From the IMG/VR virus record IMGVR_UViG_3300012944_000012: a stretch of 43,534 nucleotides of DNA; one strand, written 5' to 3'. The notes below the pieces were generated by a model. It made no database searches. It saw nothing but the letters and a program-made list of their open reading frames with translations, and was not told the DNA's origin. Numbering within the stretch: the stretch's first letter is position 1; every line of letters starts with the position of its first letter. Made by a program: the position numbers and the translations under genes. The DNA is from a virus. Shown here one piece after another: positions 8,770-16,590 of this stretch.

Positions 8770-9734
8770 ACAATGTGCCGATGACGTTCGGCATGGCCTG
8801 CGACAAGTGGCTAACCGGCAAGGCCACCCGGTTACGGGAACAGGGATTGCAGGAACAGGCCGCTTGGCTGCGCAAGCAGATTGGGGACACCAAGCTGTTG
8901 CAGAACATCCGCAAGGGCGACATTTCGGCGATGGTGGCGGCGCGGGCCAAATGTTTGCGGCCGGGCATCGACGGCACGTTTCGGCGGATCGCGGATAGCA
9001 CGGTCAACAAGACCACCCGGCTGATGCAACGCATCTTGAACTATGCCGAGAGCAATCATGACGCCATCGTGAAGCGGTTTGCGTGGAAGGATTTTTTCAT
9101 CAAGCTGCCAAAGGCCCGCCCGGCCAAGCGCGCGGTGTCGCCGGCCAACGAGCAGATTATCTTGGGCACCATTGCCGCCGATTATCTCGACCTCGCCCGC
9201 TTCGCCATCATCGGCGGCTTGCGCGCCTCGGAAAATCTGCTGCTTTGGGACCAAGTCGATTGGGGCAATAACAAGCTGCTGGACGTGGTTGGCAAGGGGC
9301 ACCGCGAGGGCCGCGACGTGCCGATGGGGCCGGCCGAAATGGCGATCCTGCGGGCGCAATACAACCGCACCGACCGGCACCCGACGCACGTCTTTACCTA
9401 TGTTGCCAAAAAGACCGGCAAGATTCCGCGCACGGATCGCTCGACCATCAAGGACAAGCGATATCCGATCACCTATGCGGGCTGGAAATCCGAGTGGGAG
9501 GAAATGCAGCAGGCGACTGGGCTTAAGGTCCGCATCCACGACCTCCGTCACACGGCGGTAACGCGGGCGCTCCAGCGCACCAACGGCAATCTGCCGGCGG
9601 TGCGCGACATGGTTGGACACGCCGACGGCAAAACCACGCTGCTCTATTGGGATGGCGACGAGCAGGCGGTGCGCGATGCCAAGGACATCGGATTTGTCCC
9701 CAAAGCTGTCCCCAAGCGCAAAAAGACCGGCTAA
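8577..9734 (+). CDS. int: Tyrosine integrase.
   Basis: C-terminal HDLRHTAVTR...VRDMVGHADGKTTLLY (R-H-R-Y catalytic pattern). Start at MSKSDL with an AGGGGGA RBS. Confidence 0.9.
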   Translation: MSKSDLIGKRVKRSRETSPFIYRFSIDGHKFQGTTGTTDKVTAEAYAEKKFQEASAIAAKERQLNNVPMTFGMACDKWLTGKATRLREQGLQEQAAWLRKQIGDTKLLQNIRKGDISAMVAARAKCLRPGIDGTFRRIADSTVNKTTRLMQRILNYAESNHDAIVKRFAWKDFFIKLPKARPAKRAVSPANEQIILGTIAADYLDLARFAIIGGLRASENLLLWDQVDWGNNKLLDVVGKGHREGRDVPMGPAEMAILRAQYNRTDRHPTHVFTYVAKKTGKIPRTDRSTIKDKRYPITYAGWKSEWEEMQQATGLKVRIHDLRHTAVTRALQRTNGNLPAVRDMVGHADGKTTLLYWDGDEQAVRDAKDIGFVPKAVPKRKKTG

Positions 9735-9785
9735 GCTATTGAAAACAGGTTGAAATCGGAAAGCGGAGTGTTTTATTTCTACTCC

Positions 9786-9820
9786 GTGGGTTGCAGGTTC
9801 GAATCCTGCTGGGATCGCCA
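9786..9820 (+). other. attP core candidate: 3-prime fragment of a tRNA gene (T-arm plus acceptor 3-prime strand plus CCA).
   Basis: GCAGGTTCGAATCCTGC T-arm (9793..9809), then TGGGATC-G-CCA. No matching 5-prime acceptor strand (GATCCCA) upstream, so it is not a full tRNA. Confidence 0.65.
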
Positions 9821-9821
9821 C

Positions 9822-9849
9822 AAAAGCCCAATAAAATAAGGGCTTTTTG
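9822..9849 (+). terminator. Hairpin plus T-run directly after the tRNA-like fragment.
   Basis: AAGCCC (9824..9829) pairs with GGGCTT (9840..9845), followed by TTT. Confidence 0.55.
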
Positions 9850-9888
9850 CAATTCCCGATTTTGGCTCGACCAGAACAAAAGGCGCTC

Positions 9889-9944
9889 AAAGGGCACGGG
9901 GGACACCTAAAGGGCACGGGAAATTGTCCCCCAGATTGTCCCCC
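9889..9944. repeat. Candidate integrase arm-type sites (P-prime arm).
   Basis: AAAGGGCACGGG twice (9889, 9909). ATTGTCCCCC twice (9923, 9935). An inverted GGGGGACA at 9898. Related TGTCCCC at 9695 and 9707, and GGGGACAAT at 8288. Confidence 0.5.
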
Positions 9945-9976
9945 GATTCCGCAATTGTTCTCATGGGAGATCGGGC

Positions 9977-10195
9977 ATGCCGTCGTCACAGGCCGAACTT
10001 TTCCCCGCCACCGTCACCATCGGCACGCTGGCAATGCTGCCCGAAAAGCAGCCGTGCTATTGCCGGAAGGCGGACAAACACCACCATGTCAACGAGCATG
10101 TGTTCGACGGCCGGCGCTGGATCATGACGTGCTCACAGGCCGGGATCGACCTGATGGCCGAGATCAGCGGCGCCGCTTCTTCTTGCCGGCTTTGA
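9977..10195 (+). CDS. Hypothetical 72-aa protein next to attP.
   Basis: GGGAGA RBS 6 nt upstream; strong third-position GC. Converges with, and overlaps by 32 nt, the XRE gene. Confidence 0.45.
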   Translation: MPSSQAELFPATVTIGTLAMLPEKQPCYCRKADKHHHVNEHVFDGRRWIMTCSQAGIDLMAEISGAASSCRL

Positions 10196-10454
10196 GCGGA
10201 GCCTCGCTCTCCTTGGGGGCCTTCTCCTTGGGAGCCTTGGCGAGGCCAAGCGGACTGCCGTCATCGGCGCACTGAAACCGCAGCCCCGCACCCTCGAACG
10301 CCCGGTTGATCGCCAATAAATTATTGGTATGGGGAACACGCCGTCCGGCTTCGAAATCGCGGATCGTGCTGCTCGATACCTGAGCCTTGCTGCCCAAGTT
10401 CGCTTGCGACCAATTCAGCCACGCGCGGGCCGCTCTGCATTGTTCCGGTGACAT
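10164..10454 (-). CDS. XRE-family HTH regulator with a Lys-rich tail.
   Basis: MSPEQCRAARAWLNWSQANLGSKAQVSSSTIRDFEAGRR matches the HTH_XRE pattern. Confidence 0.8.
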   Translation of the reverse strand: MSPEQCRAARAWLNWSQANLGSKAQVSSSTIRDFEAGRRVPHTNNLLAINRAFEGAGLRFQCADDGSPLGLAKAPKEKAPKESEAPLKAGKKKRRR

Positions 10455-10810
10455 GCCCGCTTTGTAATAACACTTTGATATTTCGTCAAAATTTCACTTT
10501 ATCGCGGATATTACTCATTATCTCACAGGTTGTTTGTTTTCGTTGACACGTCACCGACCAGCCGGCAAACTCAGCCACAACCCAAAGCTTCACCTCTGCA
10601 CCGCAACAGAGACAACCCAAGATTTTCATCCAAAATTTTTTGAGGTCACCAAATTTTTTTGCTAGGTGGTCTTGCTTTCGCCTTACACGCGGAAGCAAAT
10701 TAACCACCTTCCAACAGAAGCGATCCAGAGAGACAACTGGCGCTTACGCAAATCGCCAATGTCTTGCGTTCGTGCCTCGCTGACTCTCACAGCAAGAGGG
10801 GCAATTTCGT

Positions 10811-11314
10811 ATGGCGATCAAGAAACTCACTTTTTCATTTGACGTGCCGCTAACCAGTCTGTTGAGCCTGATCGCGGCCGGGCAAGCGGATTTGCGGATC
10901 GACGTACTGGGTGACGACAAACCGCTATCCGCAAAGGCTCTGGCCGCCGCTGGCATTTCCGGGCTGCTGCCAAGGCCGCACGGCCATACCGACGTAACGC
11001 GCTCGCGCGGCATCGATGCCTCCGGCAATCGAAAAACCGCGAAGGCCGCCATGCTGGAGGGCATGGCGAAGGCGGCGGGCCACACCATGACGCTCGCGCA
11101 GATGCGACCGCTTGTCGCGGCGCTGGGCTTGTCCCCGGCTTCGGCCAACTCGCAAATCAGCTTCATCACCAAGAAGGGATGGGCCGAAACGACAGAGCCC
11201 GGCAAACACCGGCTCACAGAGTCCGGCCTTACGGAGTGCGCGCGGCGCGGCTTCGACGTAATCAAACCCCCAAAGACCAAGAAGGCCGTCAACGGCGCGG
11301 TGCACCATGGGTAA
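10811..11314 (+). CDS. Hypothetical protein with a possible C-terminal winged helix.
   Basis: 167 aa, CAAGAGGGGCAA leader; first gene of the plus-strand operon. Confidence 0.6.
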   Translation: MAIKKLTFSFDVPLTSLLSLIAAGQADLRIDVLGDDKPLSAKALAAAGISGLLPRPHGHTDVTRSRGIDASGNRKTAKAAMLEGMAKAAGHTMTLAQMRPLVAALGLSPASANSQISFITKKGWAETTEPGKHRLTESGLTECARRGFDVIKPPKTKKAVNGAVHHG

Positions 11315-11657
11315 GAGCAACGGTCACAAGCGCAAGGGCGCGCTGGCGCTGTACCGCTCTTACAATTTCGTTGACAAAGACCCGGTGATTGATCGCATCC
11401 GGACCATCGTCCAAGACGAGGGGCTTTCCTACAAGGACATCCACGTCATCAGCGGCGTCTCGACCGCGACGCTGACCAACTGGTTCGACGGCGAAACGAG
11501 GCGACCGCAATATGCCACCGTCGCCGCCGTCACCTCCTCGCTGGGCTACAAGCAGGAGTTCGTCAAAAGCCAGAAAGATCGATTTCGAGCGCGAGATCGT
11601 CAAAGCACAGCGCGAGATCGAGGCGGCGGCCAAGGGCCGATAACACAGGGGGACTAA
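11307..11657 (+). CDS. HTH DNA-binding protein (putative); the 3-prime end may be frame-disrupted.
   Basis: IHVISGVSTATLTNWFDGETRRPQ is HTH-like. After about 11575 the +1 frame has much better third-position GC (see findings). Confidence 0.6.
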   Translation: MGKSNGHKRKGALALYRSYNFVDKDPVIDRIRTIVQDEGLSYKDIHVISGVSTATLTNWFDGETRRPQYATVAAVTSSLGYKQEFVKSQKDRFRARDRQSTARDRGGGQGPITQGD

Positions 11658-11661
11658 GCAG

Positions 11662-12066
11662 ATGGCACCAAGGAAAAAGAGCGTGAAAAAACACAACGCG
11701 AACCAGCGCGGCACCAAGGACAGTGACGGGATCATTGGCAACCGGATACGCGCCTACCGGATCGAGCGCGGCCTGTCGCAAGAGCAATTGGGGATCGCGC
11801 TGAAAGTTTCGTTCCAGCAAATCCAGAAATACGAAAAAGGCACCAACCGGCTGTCGGCGACGCGCTTGATCGAGACGGCGAAGATCATGGGCGTCACCCC
11901 GCACGATTTGCTGGGCTGGAACGGTGCCGGCGTCAAGCTTGGCAAGGCCATCGACGTTGAAAGCTTCAAGCTGGCGCAGGAGTTCTGCGGTCTGCGCGAT
12001 GGCTTGAAACCGGCGTTCCGCAATCTGATCGAAACGGTGATGAAGGAAAAAACAACGCGCGCCTGA
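11662..12066 (+). CDS. XRE-family HTH regulator.
   Basis: IGNRIRAYRIERGLSQEQLGIALKVSFQQIQKYEKGTNRLSATRL is a canonical XRE HTH. Confidence 0.85.
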   Translation: MAPRKKSVKKHNANQRGTKDSDGIIGNRIRAYRIERGLSQEQLGIALKVSFQQIQKYEKGTNRLSATRLIETAKIMGVTPHDLLGWNGAGVKLGKAIDVESFKLAQEFCGLRDGLKPAFRNLIETVMKEKTTRA

Positions 12067-12096
12067 CGACGGCGAGGGGGAGACAGGCAGTGAGGC

Positions 12097-12741
12097 ATGA
12101 GCGAGCTAAATCAAAGCATCCGCCACATTGAGCGGCCGGACCGCATCAAGCGCCTGAAAATTTCGGACCGGGGGTTTCCGGTGCCGTGGTTCGTCGCGTG
12201 GCTTGATGGCGTGGCGGACTTCCGCGTGATCGCGCCGGGCAAGATGACACAGGCCCACAACCGGCATCGATGCTGGATTTGCGGCGGACCGCTGGGGCGC
12301 TATCTCGCCTTCACCATCGGGCCAATGTGCGCCATTAACCGGACATCGTCCGAGCCGCCGTCACACACGGATTGCGCCGAGTATGCCGCCAAGGCGTGCC
12401 CGTTCCTGAGCAAGCCCAACATGCGCCGCAACGAAAAGGAGTTGCCCGAGCATGGCGAGATCGCGGGAACGGCGATCATGCACAATCCCGGCGTTGCACT
12501 GGTTTACGTTACCCATAGTTATCGGCCGATCAGCGACGGCCGGGGTGGCGTTCTGTTCGAACTCGGCGAGCCAGTCAGCGCCTCGTTTTTTTGCGAGAGC
12601 CGGCCCGCTACCCGTGACGAGATCATGCAATCCATCGATAAGGGTTTGCCCTACCTCCGCGAGGTTGCCGCCAAGGAAAACGCACTCGACGAACTGCAAT
12701 GCTATATCGACCGCGCCCTCAAACTCTTGCCGGCCGCCTGA
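12097..12741 (+). CDS. Cys/His-rich (zinc-binding?) protein of unknown function; intact paralog of 42793..43375.
   Basis: RGFPVPWF...CWICGGPL...HTDCAEYAAKACPFL; alignable by eye with the second copy. Confidence 0.75.
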   Translation: MSELNQSIRHIERPDRIKRLKISDRGFPVPWFVAWLDGVADFRVIAPGKMTQAHNRHRCWICGGPLGRYLAFTIGPMCAINRTSSEPPSHTDCAEYAAKACPFLSKPNMRRNEKELPEHGEIAGTAIMHNPGVALVYVTHSYRPISDGRGGVLFELGEPVSASFFCESRPATRDEIMQSIDKGLPYLREVAAKENALDELQCYIDRALKLLPAA

Positions 12742-12742
12742 C

Positions 12743-13030
12743 ATGTTGATGATCTTCACATGGACCTGCATCCTGCTGACCAACGCCATGCTGGTTTTCA
12801 TGCTGCTGCGGCTGCGCCAGCATCGGCGCGAGTGGCTTGAGTTGGAGGTCGCGTATCAACTGCTGTTGCAAAACCACGAAGCCCTGATGCCGATCCATCA
12901 AATGTTGCAAGAGGCCATGCAACACACCGAACCGGGAGAAAGCTCATGCGTGACCATCGAGCTTCAACACCTCCAGAAAGCGCCCGACTCGCCGCCGACC
13001 ACGTCAACACCCTCCAGACGGCTGCACTAG
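12743..13030 (+). CDS. Small protein with an N-terminal TM helix.
   Basis: MLMIFTWTCILLTNAMLVFMLLRL...; the start was chosen by eye. Confidence 0.45.
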   Translation: MLMIFTWTCILLTNAMLVFMLLRLRQHRREWLELEVAYQLLLQNHEALMPIHQMLQEAMQHTEPGESSCVTIELQHLQKAPDSPPTTSTPSRRLH

Positions 13031-13254
13031 CGCGCGACGTGCTGTCGATCTGGACGGTCTATGACCACCCGAGCGATTTCCCGCACAGCTATGTCGCGCG
13101 GCGCGCCGAGGTGAACCGTCATGGCGTGCAGCCGACCGCCGATGTCATGGTGGGCGAATTGTCGATCATCCGCGCCAGCTTCCTGCAAGCCGGGCTGACC
13201 TGTCTGCCGCGCAGCGAGGACGACGAGGCGCATATTGTTGAGTGCTGGCTATGA
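12946..13254 (+). CDS. Hypothetical protein.
   Basis: 102-aa ORF (WTVYDHPSDFPHSYVARR...). Overlaps the previous ORF by 85 nt, so one of the two starts is probably wrong. Confidence 0.5.
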   Translation: MRDHRASTPPESARLAADHVNTLQTAALARDVLSIWTVYDHPSDFPHSYVARRAEVNRHGVQPTADVMVGELSIIRASFLQAGLTCLPRSEDDEAHIVECWL

Positions 13255-13586
13255 GTTTTGTGCTGCGACAAATTCACCCGCCCGGCAAATCGGCCCTCGC
13301 CGACGAAGCAACGACGGTTGCGCTGGCGCTTGCACTGGGCGAAGGCGGCCCGATCATGGGCGATTATCTGGAGTGGTCCGATCCCAACGCGCGCCACGGT
13401 TTCGGCGATGACCGATGGACCGATGACCTCGCCAAAGCGCAGCGCTTCCCCTCGTTTGAAGCCGCGATGGCGTGTTGGATGGCGCAAAGCACCAAGCGAC
13501 CATTGCGCGACGACGGCAAGCCGAACCGGCCGATGACGGCCTACAGCATCACGGTGGAACGGGTGCCCGAGGGAGCAAAAACATGA
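13251..13586 (+). CDS. Hypothetical protein.
   Basis: ATGA overlap with the upstream stop. Confidence 0.55.
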   Translation: MSFVLRQIHPPGKSALADEATTVALALALGEGGPIMGDYLEWSDPNARHGFGDDRWTDDLAKAQRFPSFEAAMACWMAQSTKRPLRDDGKPNRPMTAYSITVERVPEGAKT

Positions 13587-13849
13587 ACGACGATTTCATC
13601 TTTGAGGTCGGCAACCCGACACATACCGTTGAACTGGCCCGGCTGATCGAGGAAATCATCCGGCACGCCCGCAATGCGGCAACGCCGCGCGTTCGCTTTG
13701 CGTTGCTGCTATGGGACGATGGCCATGACGAGATGCAGGCCATCGTTTCCAACGACCCGGAAGTCGAACGCGTCGCCGATATGCTGGACGACGCCAAGGA
13801 GCGGATCAGCACCCCCGATGCCACTCTGTACGAAAGCGGTCACGCATGA
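13583..13849 (+). CDS. Hypothetical acidic protein.
   Basis: ATGA coupling; start at MNDDFIFEV. Confidence 0.6.
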   Translation: MNDDFIFEVGNPTHTVELARLIEEIIRHARNAATPRVRFALLLWDDGHDEMQAIVSNDPEVERVADMLDDAKERISTPDATLYESGHA

Positions 13850-14070
13850 TCGAGGACATCGACATCAACCACCCGGATTTCGCCCGGATCACCACCGCGC
13901 TGAAACGCGGCCAGTGCCCCGACTGCGACGGCTACGGGTTTGAAGCCGGGCCGCGCGGCGGCCTGTCACGCAACTATTTCTGTATCGGTTGCGGTTCCGG
14001 CTTCAACATCGCGCCAGTGTTGCACTATCCGCTTTTTTTGCAACGCATCGCGCGGCGCAGACGAAAATAA
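13846..14070 (+). CDS. Small zinc-ribbon protein with two CxxCxGxG-like motifs.
   Basis: CPDCDGYG and CIGCGSGF motifs; 74 aa. Confidence 0.6.
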   Translation: MIEDIDINHPDFARITTALKRGQCPDCDGYGFEAGPRGGLSRNYFCIGCGSGFNIAPVLHYPLFLQRIARRRRK

Positions 14071-14082
14071 ATCACACGCATC

Positions 14083-14122
14083 CCAAAAAACTTGGAGCAT
14101 TGTCCAATTTTTTTGGTATCAT
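14083..14122 (+). promoter_or_regulatory. Promoter-like element with two box B copies.
   Basis: CCAAAAAACTTGG at 14083..14095 and CCAATTTTTTTGG at 14104..14116, followed directly by TATCAT. Confidence 0.4.
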
Positions 14123-14153
14123 GCAGCGGGGGCTTCAACACACGGAGCGTTCA

Positions 14154-14546
14154 ATGAACAAGCCATTGTCTGCCGACGAACTGGCCATCCTCGCCACTCC
14201 CGCCATCCTCGCCGTTCCCGTTATGACGCGCCGCGAAAAGCTGATGCGGTTCGCAAGCCTTGTGCGCGCCTCACCAGCGGCCCGGCTCTATATGTTCAGC
14301 AACCTCGAACACATGCATCCGAGCGAACTGACAGGGTTGCGCCACCCGGTTTCGGCGTTCGCACTCGCCGCCGCCGATGGCATCTTCAAGGATGCGGGGC
14401 TTGCCAGCGATACCGTGCTGGACGCGCAAAAGTTCTTCGAACTGACCCGCGCCGAGTTGCATGAGTTCTCATGCGATTGCGGCGGCCAGATTACCAACCG
14501 GGACATGGCCGACCGCATTGAACGTATCGCCGCGCGTTCCGCATGA
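14154..14546 (+). CDS. Hypothetical protein.
   Basis: 130 aa, start at MNKPLSADEL. Confidence 0.6.
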   Translation: MNKPLSADELAILATPAILAVPVMTRREKLMRFASLVRASPAARLYMFSNLEHMHPSELTGLRHPVSAFALAAADGIFKDAGLASDTVLDAQKFFELTRAELHEFSCDCGGQITNRDMADRIERIAARSA

Positions 14547-14705
14547 GTAAGCCGGTCCCCGTGTCCGGCCGCGCAGCGGATGCGGGGACCGTCTCGCAAC
14601 CATCGTAAAAACAGAAAAAGCCCCGCGCCCGGCTGTGAACCGGAACGCGGGGCATACTCGCTTTTACAGGCCATTGGAGCTTAAGAGGCGTTAGTCGAAA
14701 GTAGT

Positions 14706-14718
14706 CCAAATAATTTGG
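14706..14718. promoter_or_regulatory. Box B palindrome upstream of the peptide gene.
   Basis: CCAAATAATTTGG, identical to the copies at 8271 and 39326. Confidence 0.45.
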
Positions 14719-14798
14719 TTGCTTCGGCGACTCGGCCGTGCTCTTTCAATGGGCGCGCGCCCCGGATCGGCCGGGGCGCTTACCCAAGGGGGAACCTA

Positions 14799-14927
14799 AT
14801 GAAGCACCTTCTGCTCGCACTCTCTGCCGTCGCTCTACTCGCCACCGCGATCCCGGCCAAAGCCGGTTGCAACGGCACCTATCACTGCACCCAAGGCTAT
14901 AATGGCAAGCAGGTGTGCGGCTGTTGA
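14799..14927 (+). CDS. Secreted Cys-rich mini-protein (42-aa precursor, predicted 20-aa mature peptide).
   Basis: MKHLLLALSAVALLATAIPAKA / GCNGTYHCTQGYNGKQVCGC: signal peptide with an A-K-A cleavage motif and 4 Cys. CAAGGGGGAACC leader; own terminator. Confidence 0.6.
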   Translation: MKHLLLALSAVALLATAIPAKAGCNGTYHCTQGYNGKQVCGC

Positions 14928-14962
14928 TTTAGCCAGTTCATTTCAAGTTCAATGGATATTGT

Positions 14963-14988
14963 GGGGCCGGGTTTACCGGCCCCTTTTT
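14963..14988 (+). terminator. Rho-independent terminator between convergent genes.
   Basis: GGGGCCGG (14963..14970) pairs with CCGGCCCC (14976..14983), followed by TTTTT. Confidence 0.75.
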
Positions 14989-15707
14989 CATGCCGGATAC
15001 ACTTGCTCGCCGTTGACCGTGATCGACAACGACACGCCCGCCGGGATCGAAATGTCGATCAACGCCTCCGTCTCCGGTTTGGGCGGCGCGACGGTCGCCG
15101 GGCTGATCCATGTCAATAGCTGATCGTCGGAACCGTTGAAGCGGTCGAGATCGACCGCGCCGCCGTCGATGCCGTCCACCGTCCCGCTTTCCGAGTATTG
15201 CCAGAGCGTCCATTGCGGATAGGTGTTGGTCGGCCATGTCGGCGTCCCCGTGGTGTACTGCGCCAGCCAGAGATCGGTGTTGTCGGCCAGCATGGTGTCG
15301 CGCGTATCGCCCAACTGCTCTTTCAAGAGATGGCCGCTATAGACCGTGATCTGCAAATCCCGGTCATCGTCCATCAAGGCTTGCACCGCCGCCTTGAGAT
15401 CGTCCAGCGTGCAGCCTTGTTCCTCATAGTCAATCACCACGCGCTCGCCGGGGACCGGCTCGACGGTTTTGAGGAAGAACGCGATTTGGTCCGTGGCGCT
15501 GACGCCCGATGACAGCCAGTGATAACAGCAGCACTTGATGCCCGCCTTGGTCGCCGCGACGTAGTTGGTGGCGCGGTTGGGATCGACATAGCCGGTGCCT
15601 TCGGTGGCCTTCATGATGCAGGCGATCACGCCAGCGGCCTTGACCTTGTCAAAATCGGGAAAACCCTGCCAATGACTCAGGTCCAAACATTTTGGATGGT
15701 CACTCAT
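14988..15707 (-). CDS. GH25 muramidase (endolysin).
   Basis: CLDLSHWQGFPDFDKVKAAGV...IMKATEGTGYVD matches the glycoside hydrolase family 25 pattern. Start at MSDHPK. Confidence 0.9.
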   Translation of the reverse strand: MSDHPKCLDLSHWQGFPDFDKVKAAGVIACIMKATEGTGYVDPNRATNYVAATKAGIKCCCYHWLSSGVSATDQIAFFLKTVEPVPGERVVIDYEEQGCTLDDLKAAVQALMDDDRDLQITVYSGHLLKEQLGDTRDTMLADNTDLWLAQYTTGTPTWPTNTYPQWTLWQYSESGTVDGIDGGAVDLDRFNGSDDQLLTWISPATVAPPKPETEALIDISIPAGVSLSITVNGEQVYPA

Positions 15708-16203
15708 GACGTGCGAACTCCCCATGAACTGCAAGCGTTGCCGCTTTGTAGATTTCAGATGCCTGTTCGGCAGTATCGGCCATGCCGAGATATTGATATT
15801 TTCTGTCGATATTGGTGCGCGCATAAAATCGTCGGCCATGCGGATGCACACCCTTGAACCCGGATTTATTGTCGCGGCGCACTCCTTGATTGGCCTTGTT
15901 CTGCGAGCTTGTGGCGAGCCGTAGATTATCCCAGACGGTGTCCAGCGGATCACGATTGCGATGATCCACTTCCTTTGCGGGCCACGCGCCTGTCATATAG
16001 AACCAAGCCAAGCGATTTTCACGATAGGCTTTCTGGTCGATCATGATATCTCGCCACGGCTGTCTACCGCGTGGATGATGCTCACACCCCGCCCGATCAC
16101 CGGCATAAATGCGATGATGTGTGACAAGCCAAATGAAAATCCCGGTCTGCGGATCATAGTGAAGCAAATCAAGCAACCGCTGATGCGTGAGATCGCTCAT
16201 CAT
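15700..16203 (-). CDS. HNH_3 plus AP2-domain homing endonuclease.
   Basis: VDHRNRDPLDTVWDNLRLATSSQNKAN...SGFKGV...GEFA. Confidence 0.85.
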   Translation of the reverse strand: MMSDLTHQRLLDLLHYDPQTGIFIWLVTHHRIYAGDRAGCEHHPRGRQPWRDIMIDQKAYRENRLAWFYMTGAWPAKEVDHRNRDPLDTVWDNLRLATSSQNKANQGVRRDNKSGFKGVHPHGRRFYARTNIDRKYQYLGMADTAEQASEIYKAATLAVHGEFARHE

Positions 16204-16427
16204 TTCTCCTTTTGTCGGAACAATTCGCGGACGGTTTCACAGGTCTCAACCACCGAGACAAACTTGCCATCGCTGGTGTTGATGGCGCAGCGAGCGGCAT
16301 CGGTGACGTACTCGTTTTTCTGGCCCTCAATCGCGGCGTGCATGCTGGTCACGGCGGCGGGGTTAATCAGGATGTCGTGGCCGTTGGGACCGTGCAGCAA
16401 CACCAAGACAGCGACCACTTCACGCAT
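16200..16427 (-). CDS. Hypothetical small protein.
   Basis: Start at MREVVAVLVLLHG. A weak FlbD-like look is seen by eye only. Confidence 0.5.
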   Translation of the reverse strand: MREVVAVLVLLHGPNGHDILINPAAVTSMHAAIEGQKNEYVTDAARCAINTSDGKFVSVVETCETVRELFRQKEK

Positions 16428-16590
16428 CGTTGGTCGCCACTTGCGCTTGCGGCTGTAGTCGCTCGAAAAATGCCACCACTTCAGGATCATCGCGCGGCAA
16501 TTGTTCTTCCGCATAGCCCGGCTGTTGATTGAGATAGACGCCCTTGATCGCGCCGTCCGTGTCGCGCTCAATCCAAACCATTTCGGTCAT
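16420..16590 (-). CDS. Hypothetical small protein.
   Basis: Start at MTEMVWIE; ATGA overlap with the fibre gene stop. Confidence 0.5.
   Translation of the reverse strand: MTEMVWIERDTDGAIKGVYLNQQPGYAEEQLPRDDPEVVAFFERLQPQAQVATNDA

Noticed and set aside
9761-9820. A possible complete tRNA (or tmRNA) gene after the integrase.
   Set aside because: Only the T-arm, the acceptor 3-prime strand and CCA are present. No GATCCCA 5-prime acceptor strand, D-arm or 7-nt anticodon loop can be drawn upstream. The CGGAGT/ACTCCG hairpin has an 11-nt loop. It is better explained as the attP copy of a tRNA 3-prime end.
10486-10707. The 73-aa minus-strand ORF in the 355-bp region between the XRE gene and the plus-strand operon.
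   Set aside because: It is AT-rich with low third-position GC. It spans promoter-like and box B-like sequences and has no RBS. The region is more likely regulatory.
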